DNA of 64,000 nucleotides, from IMG/VR virus record IMGVR_UViG_3300042907_001325, positions 7,259-71,258 of that record. The stretch is one strand, 5' to 3'. Under the pieces are notes generated by a model. It searched no databases and was not told where the DNA came from. It saw only the letters and a list, made by a program, of their open reading frames with translations. The position numbers and the translations under genes are program-made. Of the stretch, positions 19,148-28,066 are shown in pieces. How positions within the stretch are numbered: position 1 is the first letter of the stretch; every line of letters begins with the position of its first letter. The DNA is from a virus.

Positions 19148-19368
19148 GGTTTTTTAGACAATCTTCTCAAGTATATATAAACTCCAAAAAATAACACCGC
19201 AACGCAATACAAAATAGCATTGGCCTTCCATAAACTTCCTGTCCACGACATTAGTCCATACTGAATAACGTCGAATCCAAATGGATTCAGGAATAGCGCA
19301 ATCATTAAAGCTAGTTGTGATAGATTTTCCTGAAATGTTTTTCTCCAAGTTTTTATTTTTATTATCAT
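19144..19368 (-). CDS. Small two-TM membrane protein
   Basis: Two hydrophobic helices around FLNPFGFD. Confidence 0.6.
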   Translation of the reverse strand: MIIKIKTWRKTFQENLSQLALMIALFLNPFGFDVIQYGLMSWTGSLWKANAILYCVAVLFFGVYIYLRRLSKKP

Positions 19369-19518
19369 TATCCATGAATATAAATTAAAATTTTATGCCC
19401 ATTACGCTTTGTATTCTAATATAAATATATTATATTTGTATAATGAAACCAATAATAATACTAATTATAATATATGCGATAACACTTACGTATATGCTTA
19501 CCAAAATTTAATTAAATT

Positions 19519-19734
19519 ATGAAAAAATTATTTAGAGCAAAACAAAGTAAAATTGCCGGAATATGTAAAGGACTTTCCCGTTATTTTAATATTGATGAAT
19601 CAGTTATTAGAACAGTATTTGTTGTTCTAATTTTTTTACCATTTCCAATAATAACAATATATTTATTGATGTGGTTGATAATACCAAAAGAAAATAATGA
19701 AAACAATAAACATATTCCTACAAACTTTTATTAA
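19519..19734 (+). CDS. pspC: PspC-domain protein
   Basis: KKLFR...KIAGIC.GL..YFNID...IR..F, IYLLMWLIIP. Confidence 0.85.
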   Translation: MKKLFRAKQSKIAGICKGLSRYFNIDESVIRTVFVVLIFLPFPIITIYLLMWLIIPKENNENNKHIPTNFY

Positions 19735-19833
19735 TTTTTTTAAACGTTTTTATAACCAAAGAAAAAACAATATTGAAATTAAAATAGAAAAAAACGATAA
19801 ACCAAAAATAAAAAAATTAATTTACACTAAGAG

Positions 19834-19858
19834 AACCGACTAATAGTCGGTTTTTTTT
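19834..19858 (+). terminator. Intrinsic terminator
   Basis: aaccgact-aat-agtcggtt followed by T tract. Confidence 0.75.
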
Positions 19859-19879
19859 GTAAATAACATATTTATATGT

Positions 19880-21214
19880 ATGAGTAGTCAAAAAAAATTA
19901 ACTGAAGACATATTATTTTCTTACGATATAATTTTAGAAAATAAAAATTTAATTCGAGAAGCTTTAAATATTGTTCCTCTTGCTAAGACTAATTATTCTC
20001 ATGTTAAATATGATTATGATAATACTAAAAATGACTCAGTTAATAAACCTTTATTAGACGATATGCAAGCTGCTGGACAATCTGTTGGTGTTGTTTTAAC
20101 AATTACTACTGCCAAATCAGGTCATGGAGCAAAAACAAAATCAGGTAATTTAAGTCGACATACGAAACAGACAGCGGTTGATATTTCTAGATTAAATGGT
20201 ATTGGCTCTAACGGAGCGTCAAATGGTACTAATGGTAATTCAGAATTTAGAGCTCTTGGTAATAAAGTTAAAAACGCCTTGGTTTCAATGGGATATAGAT
20301 GGAATTCAGAAAGAGGTAATGATAAAGCTGTTTTGTGGCAAACAGATATGGGTGGTAATCACTTTAACCATTTACATATTTCAAATCAAAGTGAGTCAGG
20401 TTCAGGAGCTCCTGTAGCTTCAACAGATGTTGAAAAACCCACATCAACAGAAACAAACACGTCTGCATCAACAGAAACTAACACGACCGCATCAACAAAA
20501 GTTCCAAAATCAGGAGGAGCAGAAACTTTTGCCAAAAATATTGGGGGTAAAATTTTAAAATCAATAATGGGAATTACAGAATCTTTTAATCTATCATCAT
20601 TTGGTAATAACAGTAAATCTTTAGGCGGTAAAATATTTATACCAAAAAATGATAATGTAAAAATTAAAAGCCCAGTTTCTGGAACCGCTGTTGACATTAT
20701 TTCTAATAGTTCATGTGTTAATCAAATTGTTATTGAATTCAACCATGAAGGACAACCTCATTATTTAGAATATTGTGGAATTAAAAGACCATCAGTTCAA
20801 GTCGGAGAAAAAATATTTATTGACAAAGTATTAGGTCATACAGATTCTAATGTAACCGTAAAATTATATTCTGAAGAAAAAAAAGTTAAGAATATTGATG
20901 TTAATCCATCTGACAATATTGCTCCAGTTGGTAATATTTTTAGAAAAAAAGATGACGAGGATAATAAAGTTAATCGTGACGGTAAAAATGACGAGGATAA
21001 TAAAGTTAATCGTTATAAGATAAAAAATGATTATGACGATAAAAAAAATGATAGTGATTACGATAAAAACAATGATAATGATTACGATTTGAATAATAAA
21101 AATGAATATTCTAAACTATTCCTTAAAGCTTATCGTAATTTAAAAAAATCTTTTTATCCCAAACAAAAAAAGGTTGATGAACAGATTGAGCGAATTAAAT
21201 CGCTATTAAAGTAA
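19880..21214 (+). CDS. Putative peptidoglycan peptidase: M15-like domain plus degenerate M23-like domain
   Basis: SRH....AVDI and HFNHLHIS; IKSPVSG.; C-terminal VDEQIERIKSLLK helix. Confidence 0.6.
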   Translation: MSSQKKLTEDILFSYDIILENKNLIREALNIVPLAKTNYSHVKYDYDNTKNDSVNKPLLDDMQAAGQSVGVVLTITTAKSGHGAKTKSGNLSRHTKQTAVDISRLNGIGSNGASNGTNGNSEFRALGNKVKNALVSMGYRWNSERGNDKAVLWQTDMGGNHFNHLHISNQSESGSGAPVASTDVEKPTSTETNTSASTETNTTASTKVPKSGGAETFAKNIGGKILKSIMGITESFNLSSFGNNSKSLGGKIFIPKNDNVKIKSPVSGTAVDIISNSSCVNQIVIEFNHEGQPHYLEYCGIKRPSVQVGEKIFIDKVLGHTDSNVTVKLYSEEKKVKNIDVNPSDNIAPVGNIFRKKDDEDNKVNRDGKNDEDNKVNRYKIKNDYDDKKNDSDYDKNNDNDYDLNNKNEYSKLFLKAYRNLKKSFYPKQKKVDEQIERIKSLLK

Positions 21215-21257
21215 GTTGTTTGATATTTATAGTATCATAAACCTTTAATCAATTATA

Positions 21258-21422
21258 ATGAATAAAGAACAAATACAAGGGATAGTTAGACACTTACTCA
21301 CATTTATTGGTGGTATTGTTGTTATGAAAGGTCTTACAACTGATTCAGTTGTTCAAGAACTTATCGGAGCATCATTAACCGTTTTTGGTGGTGTATGGTC
21401 AATTATCGTTAAAAAAAAGTAA
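21258..21422 (+). CDS. Small two-TM putative holin (54 aa)
   Basis: Hand-translated: MNKEQIQGIVRHLLTFIGGIVV...GGVWSIIVKKK. Confidence 0.6.
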   Translation: MNKEQIQGIVRHLLTFIGGIVVMKGLTTDSVVQELIGASLTVFGGVWSIIVKKK

Positions 21423-21438
21423 TTATTTAAAATTAACG

Positions 21439-21468
21439 AAAGGGAAGATTATTCTTCCCTTTTTTTTT
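21439..21468. terminator. Terminator between convergent genes
   Basis: aagggaaga-ttat-tcttccctt followed by T tract. Confidence 0.75.
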
Positions 21469-22076
21469 TAATAAACAAAATCAACAAAAAAATAAAAAAC
21501 ACCACCACTATAAATCACACAAGTCGCTGCGATTGTTTTTGATTCATACCCTAACTCATAAAAATATGAGTTACGTAAAACCCCTCGTTGAGCACATTTA
21601 TGTGTGTATGAAGACTCCCAACACATAATCATGTGGTCGGCTAGTTCTTCATAAGTTTCAAACTTATATGTAGTATAACCCCCATTTTCTGTAAGAGTTA
21701 AACGAAATCCTTTATTTTTTGTTGGGTATACATCGTCTAAAAATAAAAATTGATTTGTTGTGTCTTTCCACCATTCATTTCTATCCACATGAAACAATTT
21801 CTTTTGTTCCACATTTTCTAATGTGTTTGGTAATACCACGGTATTATACAATTTTTCTGACCAAGTAAGTTGTAATATTTTGTGGTTATTTTTAAGATAA
21901 GGCCATGCAACATCCAAATCTTTACCATACCCTGTTTGAGTTATGGTATCACGAAATTTGTTTAATTTTTCAAACAACACCAATGAGGCGTGTTTAGTGT
22001 CAAAATTATTATAATCTATTTTTTGTGAAAAGATTACTAACGGGAATAATAAAAGGGATACGATTAAATTTCTCAT
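21468..22076 (-). CDS. Secreted CAP/SCP-like protein 1
   Basis: Signal peptide MRNLIVSLLLFPLVIFSQ; LNKFRD, TEN, CWESSYTHK (W..S..H). Confidence 0.55.
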   Translation of the reverse strand: MRNLIVSLLLFPLVIFSQKIDYNNFDTKHASLVLFEKLNKFRDTITQTGYGKDLDVAWPYLKNNHKILQLTWSEKLYNTVVLPNTLENVEQKKLFHVDRNEWWKDTTNQFLFLDDVYPTKNKGFRLTLTENGGYTTYKFETYEELADHMIMCWESSYTHKCAQRGVLRNSYFYELGYESKTIAATCVIYSGGVFYFFVDFVY

Positions 22077-22118
22077 ACTGTAAAAGTATAAAAAATTTTT
22101 ATTAATACAAAATTATTT

Positions 22119-23765
22119 TTAAATAATTTGAATTCCCCAACCTACTTGTCCTAACATATATCCATCAGGTGTGATTAATTTATCTTTGCCTTCTGGTGAA
22201 TCTACATATCGTATTGCCGCAAGTTTATATTCTGTAACATAGTCGTACTCTAAACCACTATTATCATTGGCTGTTGCCTTATTCCATCCATTCCACATAT
22301 AAGTTTTCCCATTAGCAACTATAGATAAAGATTTACTTGTTATTGTTGTAGGTAGTTTAGTCGTATTGTTAAACGTACCTTGAGTTACAATCGGAATATA
22401 TTCTTCAACCAATTTCATTTCTTCTTTTGAAACAATAAAAAATCCATTAGGGTCTTTATAATGTTTTAATTTAACTCCCGCCAAATTTGGAGATAATGTG
22501 CCTAAATCGGTTTCATACATTTGTTCGGCTACTGCTATTTCGTTTTTAGATGCAAATTCTTTTGGAACATCTTGGTGAGCAACCGCGGCAGTTCCCATAT
22601 TTGTAGGTCGACCTCTTTCATCATACACTTTTGGTCTAACTCCTGACAAATCCTTTCCTTGTTTTTCCCAATTTGTTGTAATTTCAGGTGTTACCAATAC
22701 TGATTTATCAAATGAAAAATTAGGTATTTCAATAACAAAACGTCTATTAACACCATATTTTGTTTTGTCAGTTGCTGGCCATCCAGATTCTTCACCACCA
22801 AATTGAGTTGTTTGACCTTTACCAACACCAGCAAGAATACCGTTTAATTCAGGTAATTTATCCACTAAATAATTAACAATTACTCCGGCTCTTTGTTGTG
22901 ACAATTCTAAATCGCTTTGTTCCGCAGTTTTACCATTTCTATATACCATTTTTGGGTCACTGTCTCTTGACGCATATCCATTAACACCAATTGGTTTTTT
23001 TGACGATAAAAACTCAATATATTTCTTATATGCTTCGTCACCATTTTGTTTTTTAAAATCTAAAACCTTTATAATGTATTCATCAAGTTTTGCCTTTGCT
23101 TCAGGTTTTAATTCCGCTTTACCAATAACAAATGGGTCTGACATTGTGGATTCACCAAACGATATGTTTATTGAATTGTATACAGGTGGGGTAACTGTTG
23201 TACCTGTAGTTGTAATTGGTATTGCTCCAACGGCAACTTTAAATGATTGTAATTTTCTAGTTTGACCTAATATAAAATTAGTTTTTTCTGCAATTCCGCC
23301 AAATAACGTCCCGTTTTTAAATTCGGCTGCGGCTCCATTAGCAGCACTTAAATTAATTGTCCCCACTTTAACTTTATCGCCTGTTAATGTTGGTGTTTCA
23401 GTACTATCTTCTTGATTTTGTTTAACTTGTTTTCCTTGTGATTTAACTTCTTGACCAAAATATTTTTGATGAATTTTTTTGTCGTATTTTACACTAGTAT
23501 ATGATGCTTTCTCATCTTCAGAAGCATTTCTATATGCATCATTAAAATCACTATATGTTTTATATCCTAATTCAGTTCCTTTTGCGGTGGGAATAAATTC
23601 TCCATTTGGTCCTGTAGCACAAATAGGTACTCCATTATACGACCAAACCCTCCAATTTTTATCTTGTTCAGATAAAATCATCATTTGTTCCGATAATGTC
23701 TTTTTAGTGTCGTAACCGCTTAAAAGCTTAAACCTATTAATTTCTTCAAATAATTTATTATTCAT
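22119..23765 (-). CDS. OmpA-like peptidoglycan-binding protein with EEINRF...KTLSEQ leader
   Basis: F..GKAELKPEAKAKLD, VNGYAS, LELSQQRA..IVNYL, G.GQ, NRRFVI. Confidence 0.7.
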   Translation of the reverse strand: MNNKLFEEINRFKLLSGYDTKKTLSEQMMILSEQDKNWRVWSYNGVPICATGPNGEFIPTAKGTELGYKTYSDFNDAYRNASEDEKASYTSVKYDKKIHQKYFGQEVKSQGKQVKQNQEDSTETPTLTGDKVKVGTINLSAANGAAAEFKNGTLFGGIAEKTNFILGQTRKLQSFKVAVGAIPITTTGTTVTPPVYNSINISFGESTMSDPFVIGKAELKPEAKAKLDEYIIKVLDFKKQNGDEAYKKYIEFLSSKKPIGVNGYASRDSDPKMVYRNGKTAEQSDLELSQQRAGVIVNYLVDKLPELNGILAGVGKGQTTQFGGEESGWPATDKTKYGVNRRFVIEIPNFSFDKSVLVTPEITTNWEKQGKDLSGVRPKVYDERGRPTNMGTAAVAHQDVPKEFASKNEIAVAEQMYETDLGTLSPNLAGVKLKHYKDPNGFFIVSKEEMKLVEEYIPIVTQGTFNNTTKLPTTITSKSLSIVANGKTYMWNGWNKATANDNSGLEYDYVTEYKLAAIRYVDSPEGKDKLITPDGYMLGQVGWGIQII

Positions 23766-23793
23766 TGTAACTTTAATTATAAATACTTAAGAT

Positions 23794-24510
23794 TTAGTTA
23801 ATAAACGACTCTTCATATAAAGTGTCTATTTGTTGTTCTTCGGTATTATAGGTATGGTCCAAAGTAACCGTTGAGGTGTTAAAATCAAATATGAATGCTC
23901 CATCAGACCCTTCATTAATTTCCCAACCACCAAAATTATTTTCAAGTTGTTGGTAACACCAATCTTCAATTCCTGATGGTACCGCGTCAGTTCCGGGGTT
24001 AAAATGATTTTCTACAAATCCCGAATCACCACCACCATTGTATTCTAATTTTAAGATACCATCAGATGGTACCTCAACATGACGTAAATCTTCATCCATC
24101 CATTTATCAAATCTTTCCTTGTCATCGGTAGAATCATATTCAATCGTCTGTGAATTACCTCTACCGTAATAGAAAAGTTCGTGACATACGTCAATTGTTT
24201 TATCCCTACAATCAATTCTAATAAGAATTCGTTGATGATTAATCGCATCAACCTCGGTATTTAAATTATCTAAAGAATCAGCATATTTAATAACTTTTTT
24301 TAATATTGGATATAATCCTTTAGGGATATCAGCGCTATAGTTATTTGAAAAGTGAGTAATATACCGCCAATCAATATTTTCGGAGTTAATTTCAGTATCC
24401 TCGTATTCCATTTCAATTTCAATATACCCTTCCATCATACCCAACGATTGTAGGTATCTTGATGTTCTCATTAAGTATTGTTTTTCTTCTGATGTTAATA
24501 TTCCTTTCAT
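23794..24510 (-). CDS. DUF6878-like protein (start revised to ATG 24510)
   Basis: YNGGGDSG and GWEINEGSDG motifs; TATTTA just before ATG 24510. Confidence 0.6.
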   Translation of the reverse strand: MKGILTSEEKQYLMRTSRYLQSLGMMEGYIEIEMEYEDTEINSENIDWRYITHFSNNYSADIPKGLYPILKKVIKYADSLDNLNTEVDAINHQRILIRIDCRDKTIDVCHELFYYGRGNSQTIEYDSTDDKERFDKWMDEDLRHVEVPSDGILKLEYNGGGDSGFVENHFNPGTDAVPSGIEDWCYQQLENNFGGWEINEGSDGAFIFDFNTSTVTLDHTYNTEEQQIDTLYEESFIN

Positions 24511-24521
24511 ACTATTAAATA

Positions 24522-24869
24522 TTAGTCTTCTATTTTTATTGTCCTCAACATCCACTGAGGTCGTTTATTTTCCAAAATATTGTTAATCCATTCTTTTGCT
24601 GATGGAACGTAATTATTACAATCTTCCTTAACATGTTGTTCTCCAACATATCGAGTGTAAACAATTTTTCCATCACTATTTTTGAATTCTGTACCAAATC
24701 GTTTTTCCATTTCAAAAATTCCTTCACTATGGTGTCTAAACATTCTATGTAATGAGTCTCCAATCCAACCTTTGGTCTCATCTAACCATTCATGTAAGTG
24801 AATATAATCTTCAGGAATTCCACCAAATTTTTTTGCGGAGCTTTTTGAATGTAAGTTGGGATGAGACAT
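24522..24869 (-). CDS. DUF6915-like protein
   Basis: HP..HS.SSAKKFGG.PEDY...H.W.DETK, HR..RHHSEGI, EQHVKED. Confidence 0.7.
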   Translation of the reverse strand: MSHPNLHSKSSAKKFGGIPEDYIHLHEWLDETKGWIGDSLHRMFRHHSEGIFEMEKRFGTEFKNSDGKIVYTRYVGEQHVKEDCNNYVPSAKEWINNILENKRPQWMLRTIKIED

Positions 24870-24921
24870 AATTGTTTATTTTAAATATTTAATTTTAATA
24901 ATTCTTATAATCTACGTAATG

Positions 24922-24993
24922 TAGTCCCGTCTGGATTCGAACCAGAAATAGAAGATTAGAAATCTACTGTGATATCCCTTTCACTACGGAACC
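24922..24993 (-). tRNA. tRNA-Arg(UCU)
   Basis: GGTTCCG/CGGGACT acceptor; loop TT-TCT-AA; GGTTCGAATCC. Confidence 0.88.
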
Positions 24994-24998
24994 ATATT

Positions 24999-25224
24999 GT
25001 AGTATTTATTAGTTGGCTTGCCCCACCTGAGATTACGGTGGGTAAATTTATCTTCTATTTTCATATTGAAAATACGTGACGGTCTTACCCGCGCATAAAA
25101 GTCAAACATACTTGGTAGATTTGTTACGTCTATTATCCAAGAACCCCCTCTATAAAGTCGTGGAAGGTGACAACTATACCATTTATCAGTAACGGTACCA
25201 AAACTACTGAGTATCTCTTACTCA
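24999..25224 (-). ncRNA. Candidate structured ncRNA (~225 nt) directly upstream of tRNA-Arg
   Basis: No track ORF, higher GC; nested stems GTAGT/ACTAC and TAGTTG/CAACTA with at least 5 hairpins. Confidence 0.55.
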
Positions 25225-25236
25225 TTTGTTGTTAAG

Positions 25237-25338
25237 TCATTTATTATAATAATATCTATCATATAAATATCTTTCATATTCTTCTGAGTCAATAAACTCT
25301 TCATAAATTTCTTGATGTATGTCTATGAAGTTTTCCAT
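25237..25338 (-). CDS. 33-aa acidic/Tyr-rich peptide
   Basis: MENFIDIHQEIYEEFIDSEEYERYLYDRYYYNK; TATATTTG upstream. Confidence 0.45.
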   Translation of the reverse strand: MENFIDIHQEIYEEFIDSEEYERYLYDRYYYNK

Positions 25339-25422
25339 ATTTTTGTTTTTAACAAATATACAAACTTATTTCAAATAGTAACTTTTTTATTATAAAATTA
25401 CTATTTATTATAAAAAAGTTTT

Positions 25423-26511
25423 ATGAAAATAATGGTAACGGAACAACAATTAAGAGTTTTAAATAAATTTTTAATAACAGAAGGTAATATTGATTTTACT
25501 AAACCGTATATAGTTGTAACACCAGCAAAACTTGGAGAGACATACGTTCGCATAAAAGGGTTTATTACTTTTTCAGTTGCTTCGTCTGAAATGGCAACAA
25601 ATGCCGTTACAGCCGCAATAAATACAATATTAGCCGACCTTAAAAATAAAGGGTATTCAACAAAAGGTTTGAGTTTTTTAAATATATATGGAGGAGCGAG
25701 CAATTATTTAAATGGAGCAATGAAGGCCGATAAAATAATGACAGATGTTGAAGGATTTTTTAGTTCAACTTCATTTAAGTTTGCCGAGAATAACCTGCCA
25801 AGTTACCCTGGTGAAGCAAACAGAGCAAAAAATTTGGAATATGCTCAAGCAAGGTGTGCGGTTTTAAAAAACGCATTAATAAAAAATTTCCCTCCCACAG
25901 CAGCTGCTGTGATAAGAGAACCAACTTCATTTGTAATGGATACTGGCGGAGTTGTTGATTCAAAAAGAGACTTAACCAAATATCCTGTTCCAGGCCAAAT
26001 GGCGATGTTTGTCGCTAAGGTTGATATACAACCTTTAACTAGTATAACGACATATAACGAAATAGGTCCAAATAATATAATGACTGGGTCTTATTATTGT
26101 AATGGTAAAAACTCACTTGGGATTGTTGCCGAAGAAGATACATATGTTGAACAATGTAAAAATCAAGGCGGATTACCAATTAAGGATGGAAAATTTATGT
26201 CTGGTTTTGAAATTAAATGGGCCGCAGATGTGGTAGGTAACCCAAAGGTAATTCCTATTATGAGATGGAATATTTTTTGGAAGGAATCTATTAATAGGGT
26301 TAATGGTAAAGAAACAAAGTCATATTCTCCTTTTAAGGTGACTAGAGTAATGTATAAAAATGAATGGTCCTCTATGGCAAAAATTCCTGAAGGTACGACA
26401 ACTATTAATGACCCATCTTTAAAATATTTTATGGGACTTAAGGAAAATGACCCAAATGGTGGAACGGCTTGGAAAAAATTTCTTGCTCCCCCATACGGAG
26501 TTGCCAAGTAA
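25423..26511 (+). CDS. Divergent OmpA-like protein with MKIMVTEQQL...LITEG leader
   Basis: NIYGGAS...NLEYAQARC..LKNAL resembles the OmpA_C signature. Confidence 0.5.
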   Translation: MKIMVTEQQLRVLNKFLITEGNIDFTKPYIVVTPAKLGETYVRIKGFITFSVASSEMATNAVTAAINTILADLKNKGYSTKGLSFLNIYGGASNYLNGAMKADKIMTDVEGFFSSTSFKFAENNLPSYPGEANRAKNLEYAQARCAVLKNALIKNFPPTAAAVIREPTSFVMDTGGVVDSKRDLTKYPVPGQMAMFVAKVDIQPLTSITTYNEIGPNNIMTGSYYCNGKNSLGIVAEEDTYVEQCKNQGGLPIKDGKFMSGFEIKWAADVVGNPKVIPIMRWNIFWKESINRVNGKETKSYSPFKVTRVMYKNEWSSMAKIPEGTTTINDPSLKYFMGLKENDPNGGTAWKKFLAPPYGVAK

Positions 26512-26535
26512 TAACTTACAACAAAAAATTTTTAA

Positions 26536-27108
26536 TTAAAATTTTATATAAGTTAAATTTACAAAATTAACAAATATAAAATATTTACCTGTTATTGATT
26601 TTTTAACGGAACATGAAATTAATCCACTGAACCCAAAAACATTTGTAAAATTACTCTCAATAGTTTTTTTATGCGGTGGAGAATTTAACCAAGCTTTAAC
26701 ACTAATTGATGCAAACTCTTGATATGTTGATAATTCATAGTTTTCAAAAACATTAAGTATCTCAGCATACGAATTCATATCTAACATATCTAAAGTCAAT
26801 TCCGAGACTTTATTTATAACACATATTTCTTTGTATATTTTTTCATTAATAACTTTGTTGGTTCTATCGTATTTTGGGTGAAAACCTAAATCAGATTTGG
26901 CATTAAGTAATGCATGTTTTGAGGTAATTTCTTGATTAACTACTTTAGATTTTGACAATACACCAATACCAATATTTTTTCTATGTTCATTAATTTGTTT
27001 AATAATTTCAGATTCAAGAATATCGTAATTAATAACACCGTTTTCAATCTTTTGAGAGTACCCAAAAAAAGAAAAAATAAATACAATAAACACAATAATA
27101 TAATTCAT
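26536..27108 (-). CDS. Secreted CAP/SCP-domain protein 2
   Basis: Signal peptide ...FFGYSQ; INEHRK..G, H, AEI, AWLNSPPHK; TATCTTTG upstream. Confidence 0.75.
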   Translation of the reverse strand: MNYIIVFIVFIFSFFGYSQKIENGVINYDILESEIIKQINEHRKNIGIGVLSKSKVVNQEITSKHALLNAKSDLGFHPKYDRTNKVINEKIYKEICVINKVSELTLDMLDMNSYAEILNVFENYELSTYQEFASISVKAWLNSPPHKKTIESNFTNVFGFSGLISCSVKKSITGKYFIFVNFVNLTYIKF

Positions 27109-27187
27109 AACTTTTATTTTTAGATTGTTTGTTTAACAAAGATATGGTATTTAATTCAATTGGCAATGAAGATTATTCATTATTTTG

Positions 27188-27260
27188 CGGTCCCGACGGG
27201 ATTCGAACCCGTATCTCGCACCGTGACAGGGTGGAATTGTAACCATTCAACCACGGGACC
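27188..27260 (-). tRNA. tRNA-Asp(GUC)
   Basis: GGTCCCG/CGGGACC; loop CT-GTC-AC; GGTTCGAATCC. Confidence 0.9.
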
Positions 27261-27373
27261 AAAAGTTTGTGAGACCCGCTCCTCACTCTGAACTTGTACT
27301 TTGTTCTATTAAGCGTTTATTTAGTAAAGTCAAGGTATGAACCCTTATCGTAGTAAAGCTTGGTTGGCTATAG

Positions 27374-27445
27374 TAGTCCCACCGGGAATCGAACCCGACT
27401 TTCCAGGATGAAAACCTGACGACCTAACCGATAGTCGATGGGACC
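27374..27445 (-). tRNA. tRNA-Glu(UUC)
   Basis: GGTCCCA/TGGGACT; TCAGG-TTTTCAT-CCTGG; GGTTCGATTCC. Confidence 0.9.
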
Positions 27446-27520
27446 AAAAATAAGGGTAGACACGGGCCTAGCTAGCCATCTTTCAGGAAAGGCCCTTACG
27501 AATATTCTACCCTTTTGTTG

Positions 27521-27593
27521 TTGCGGGAACAGGGTTCGAACCTGTAATCTAGGCTTATGAGACCTAGCGGATGACCAATTTCCACATCCCGCG
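27521..27593 (-). tRNA. tRNA-Met(CAU), initiator-like
   Basis: CGCGGGA/TCCCGCA with C1:A72 mismatch; loop CT-CAT-AA. Confidence 0.85.
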
Positions 27594-27598
27594 ATATG

Positions 27599-27672
27599 TA
27601 GTTAATATTGGACTCGAACCAATGACCTATTCCGTATCAGGGAATTGCTCTAACCAACTGAGCTAATTAACT
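27599..27672 (-). tRNA. tRNA-Ile(GAU)
   Basis: AGTTAAT/ATTAACT; ATTCC-CTGATAC-GGAAT; TAGCTCAGTTGGTTAGAGC. Confidence 0.9.
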
Positions 27673-27749
27673 ATGTCCTCGTCTTTCCGAGATGTCAACT
27701 AAATTTCTTGGTAGAGGCACCTTTACACGGCCTTCAGTTCTACTTGTGG

Positions 27750-27826
27750 TGGGGTAACTAATGGGAATTGAACCCATGGCACAAGGTACCACAAACCTTT
27801 GCTCTACCAACTGAGCTATAGTTACC
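27750..27826 (-). tRNA. tRNA-His(GUG) with G-1 and encoded CCA
   Basis: G-GTAACTA/TAGTTAC-C-CCA; AAGGT-TTGTGGT-ACCTT. Confidence 0.9.
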
Positions 27827-27933
27827 ATTTATTTGTGATTCATAGTTGACACACACTCTTGTCTCACCATCTTATGTCAACAGGTTAATGTACTTTACAA
27901 GTTTCCCGTTTCTTACTTCACACAATATTTTAA

Positions 27934-28013
27934 TTTCAAAGAACTTTTCTTTTTGTGTGGGAGTGAGTCCACCAACACATTTACTCACCCCCATCGTTTC
28001 TTCTACAAATATA
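27934..28013 (-). promoter_or_regulatory. tRNA operon leader: TATATTTG promoter, hairpin and boxA-like element
   Basis: TATATTTG (28013-28006); TGGGGGTGAGT/ACTCACTCCCA stem; AAGTTCTTTGAAA (27946-27934). Confidence 0.6.
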
Positions 28014-28066
28014 TGTAGTTTATTTCAATCTACCAAACAATTTATATAGATTATTTTAATAAATTA

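Noticed and set aside
24922-24993. Amber suppressor tRNA (CTA present in the loop)
   Set aside because: The 7-nt loop TTTCTAA centres on TCT, so it is tRNA-Arg.
27452-27514. SRP RNA or hammerhead ribozyme
   Set aside because: It lacks the SRP helix-8 motif and a proper CUGANGA/GAAA core with three stems.
27846-28049. 67-aa ORF
   Set aside because: TTG start, antisense to the tRNA operon promoter and leader.
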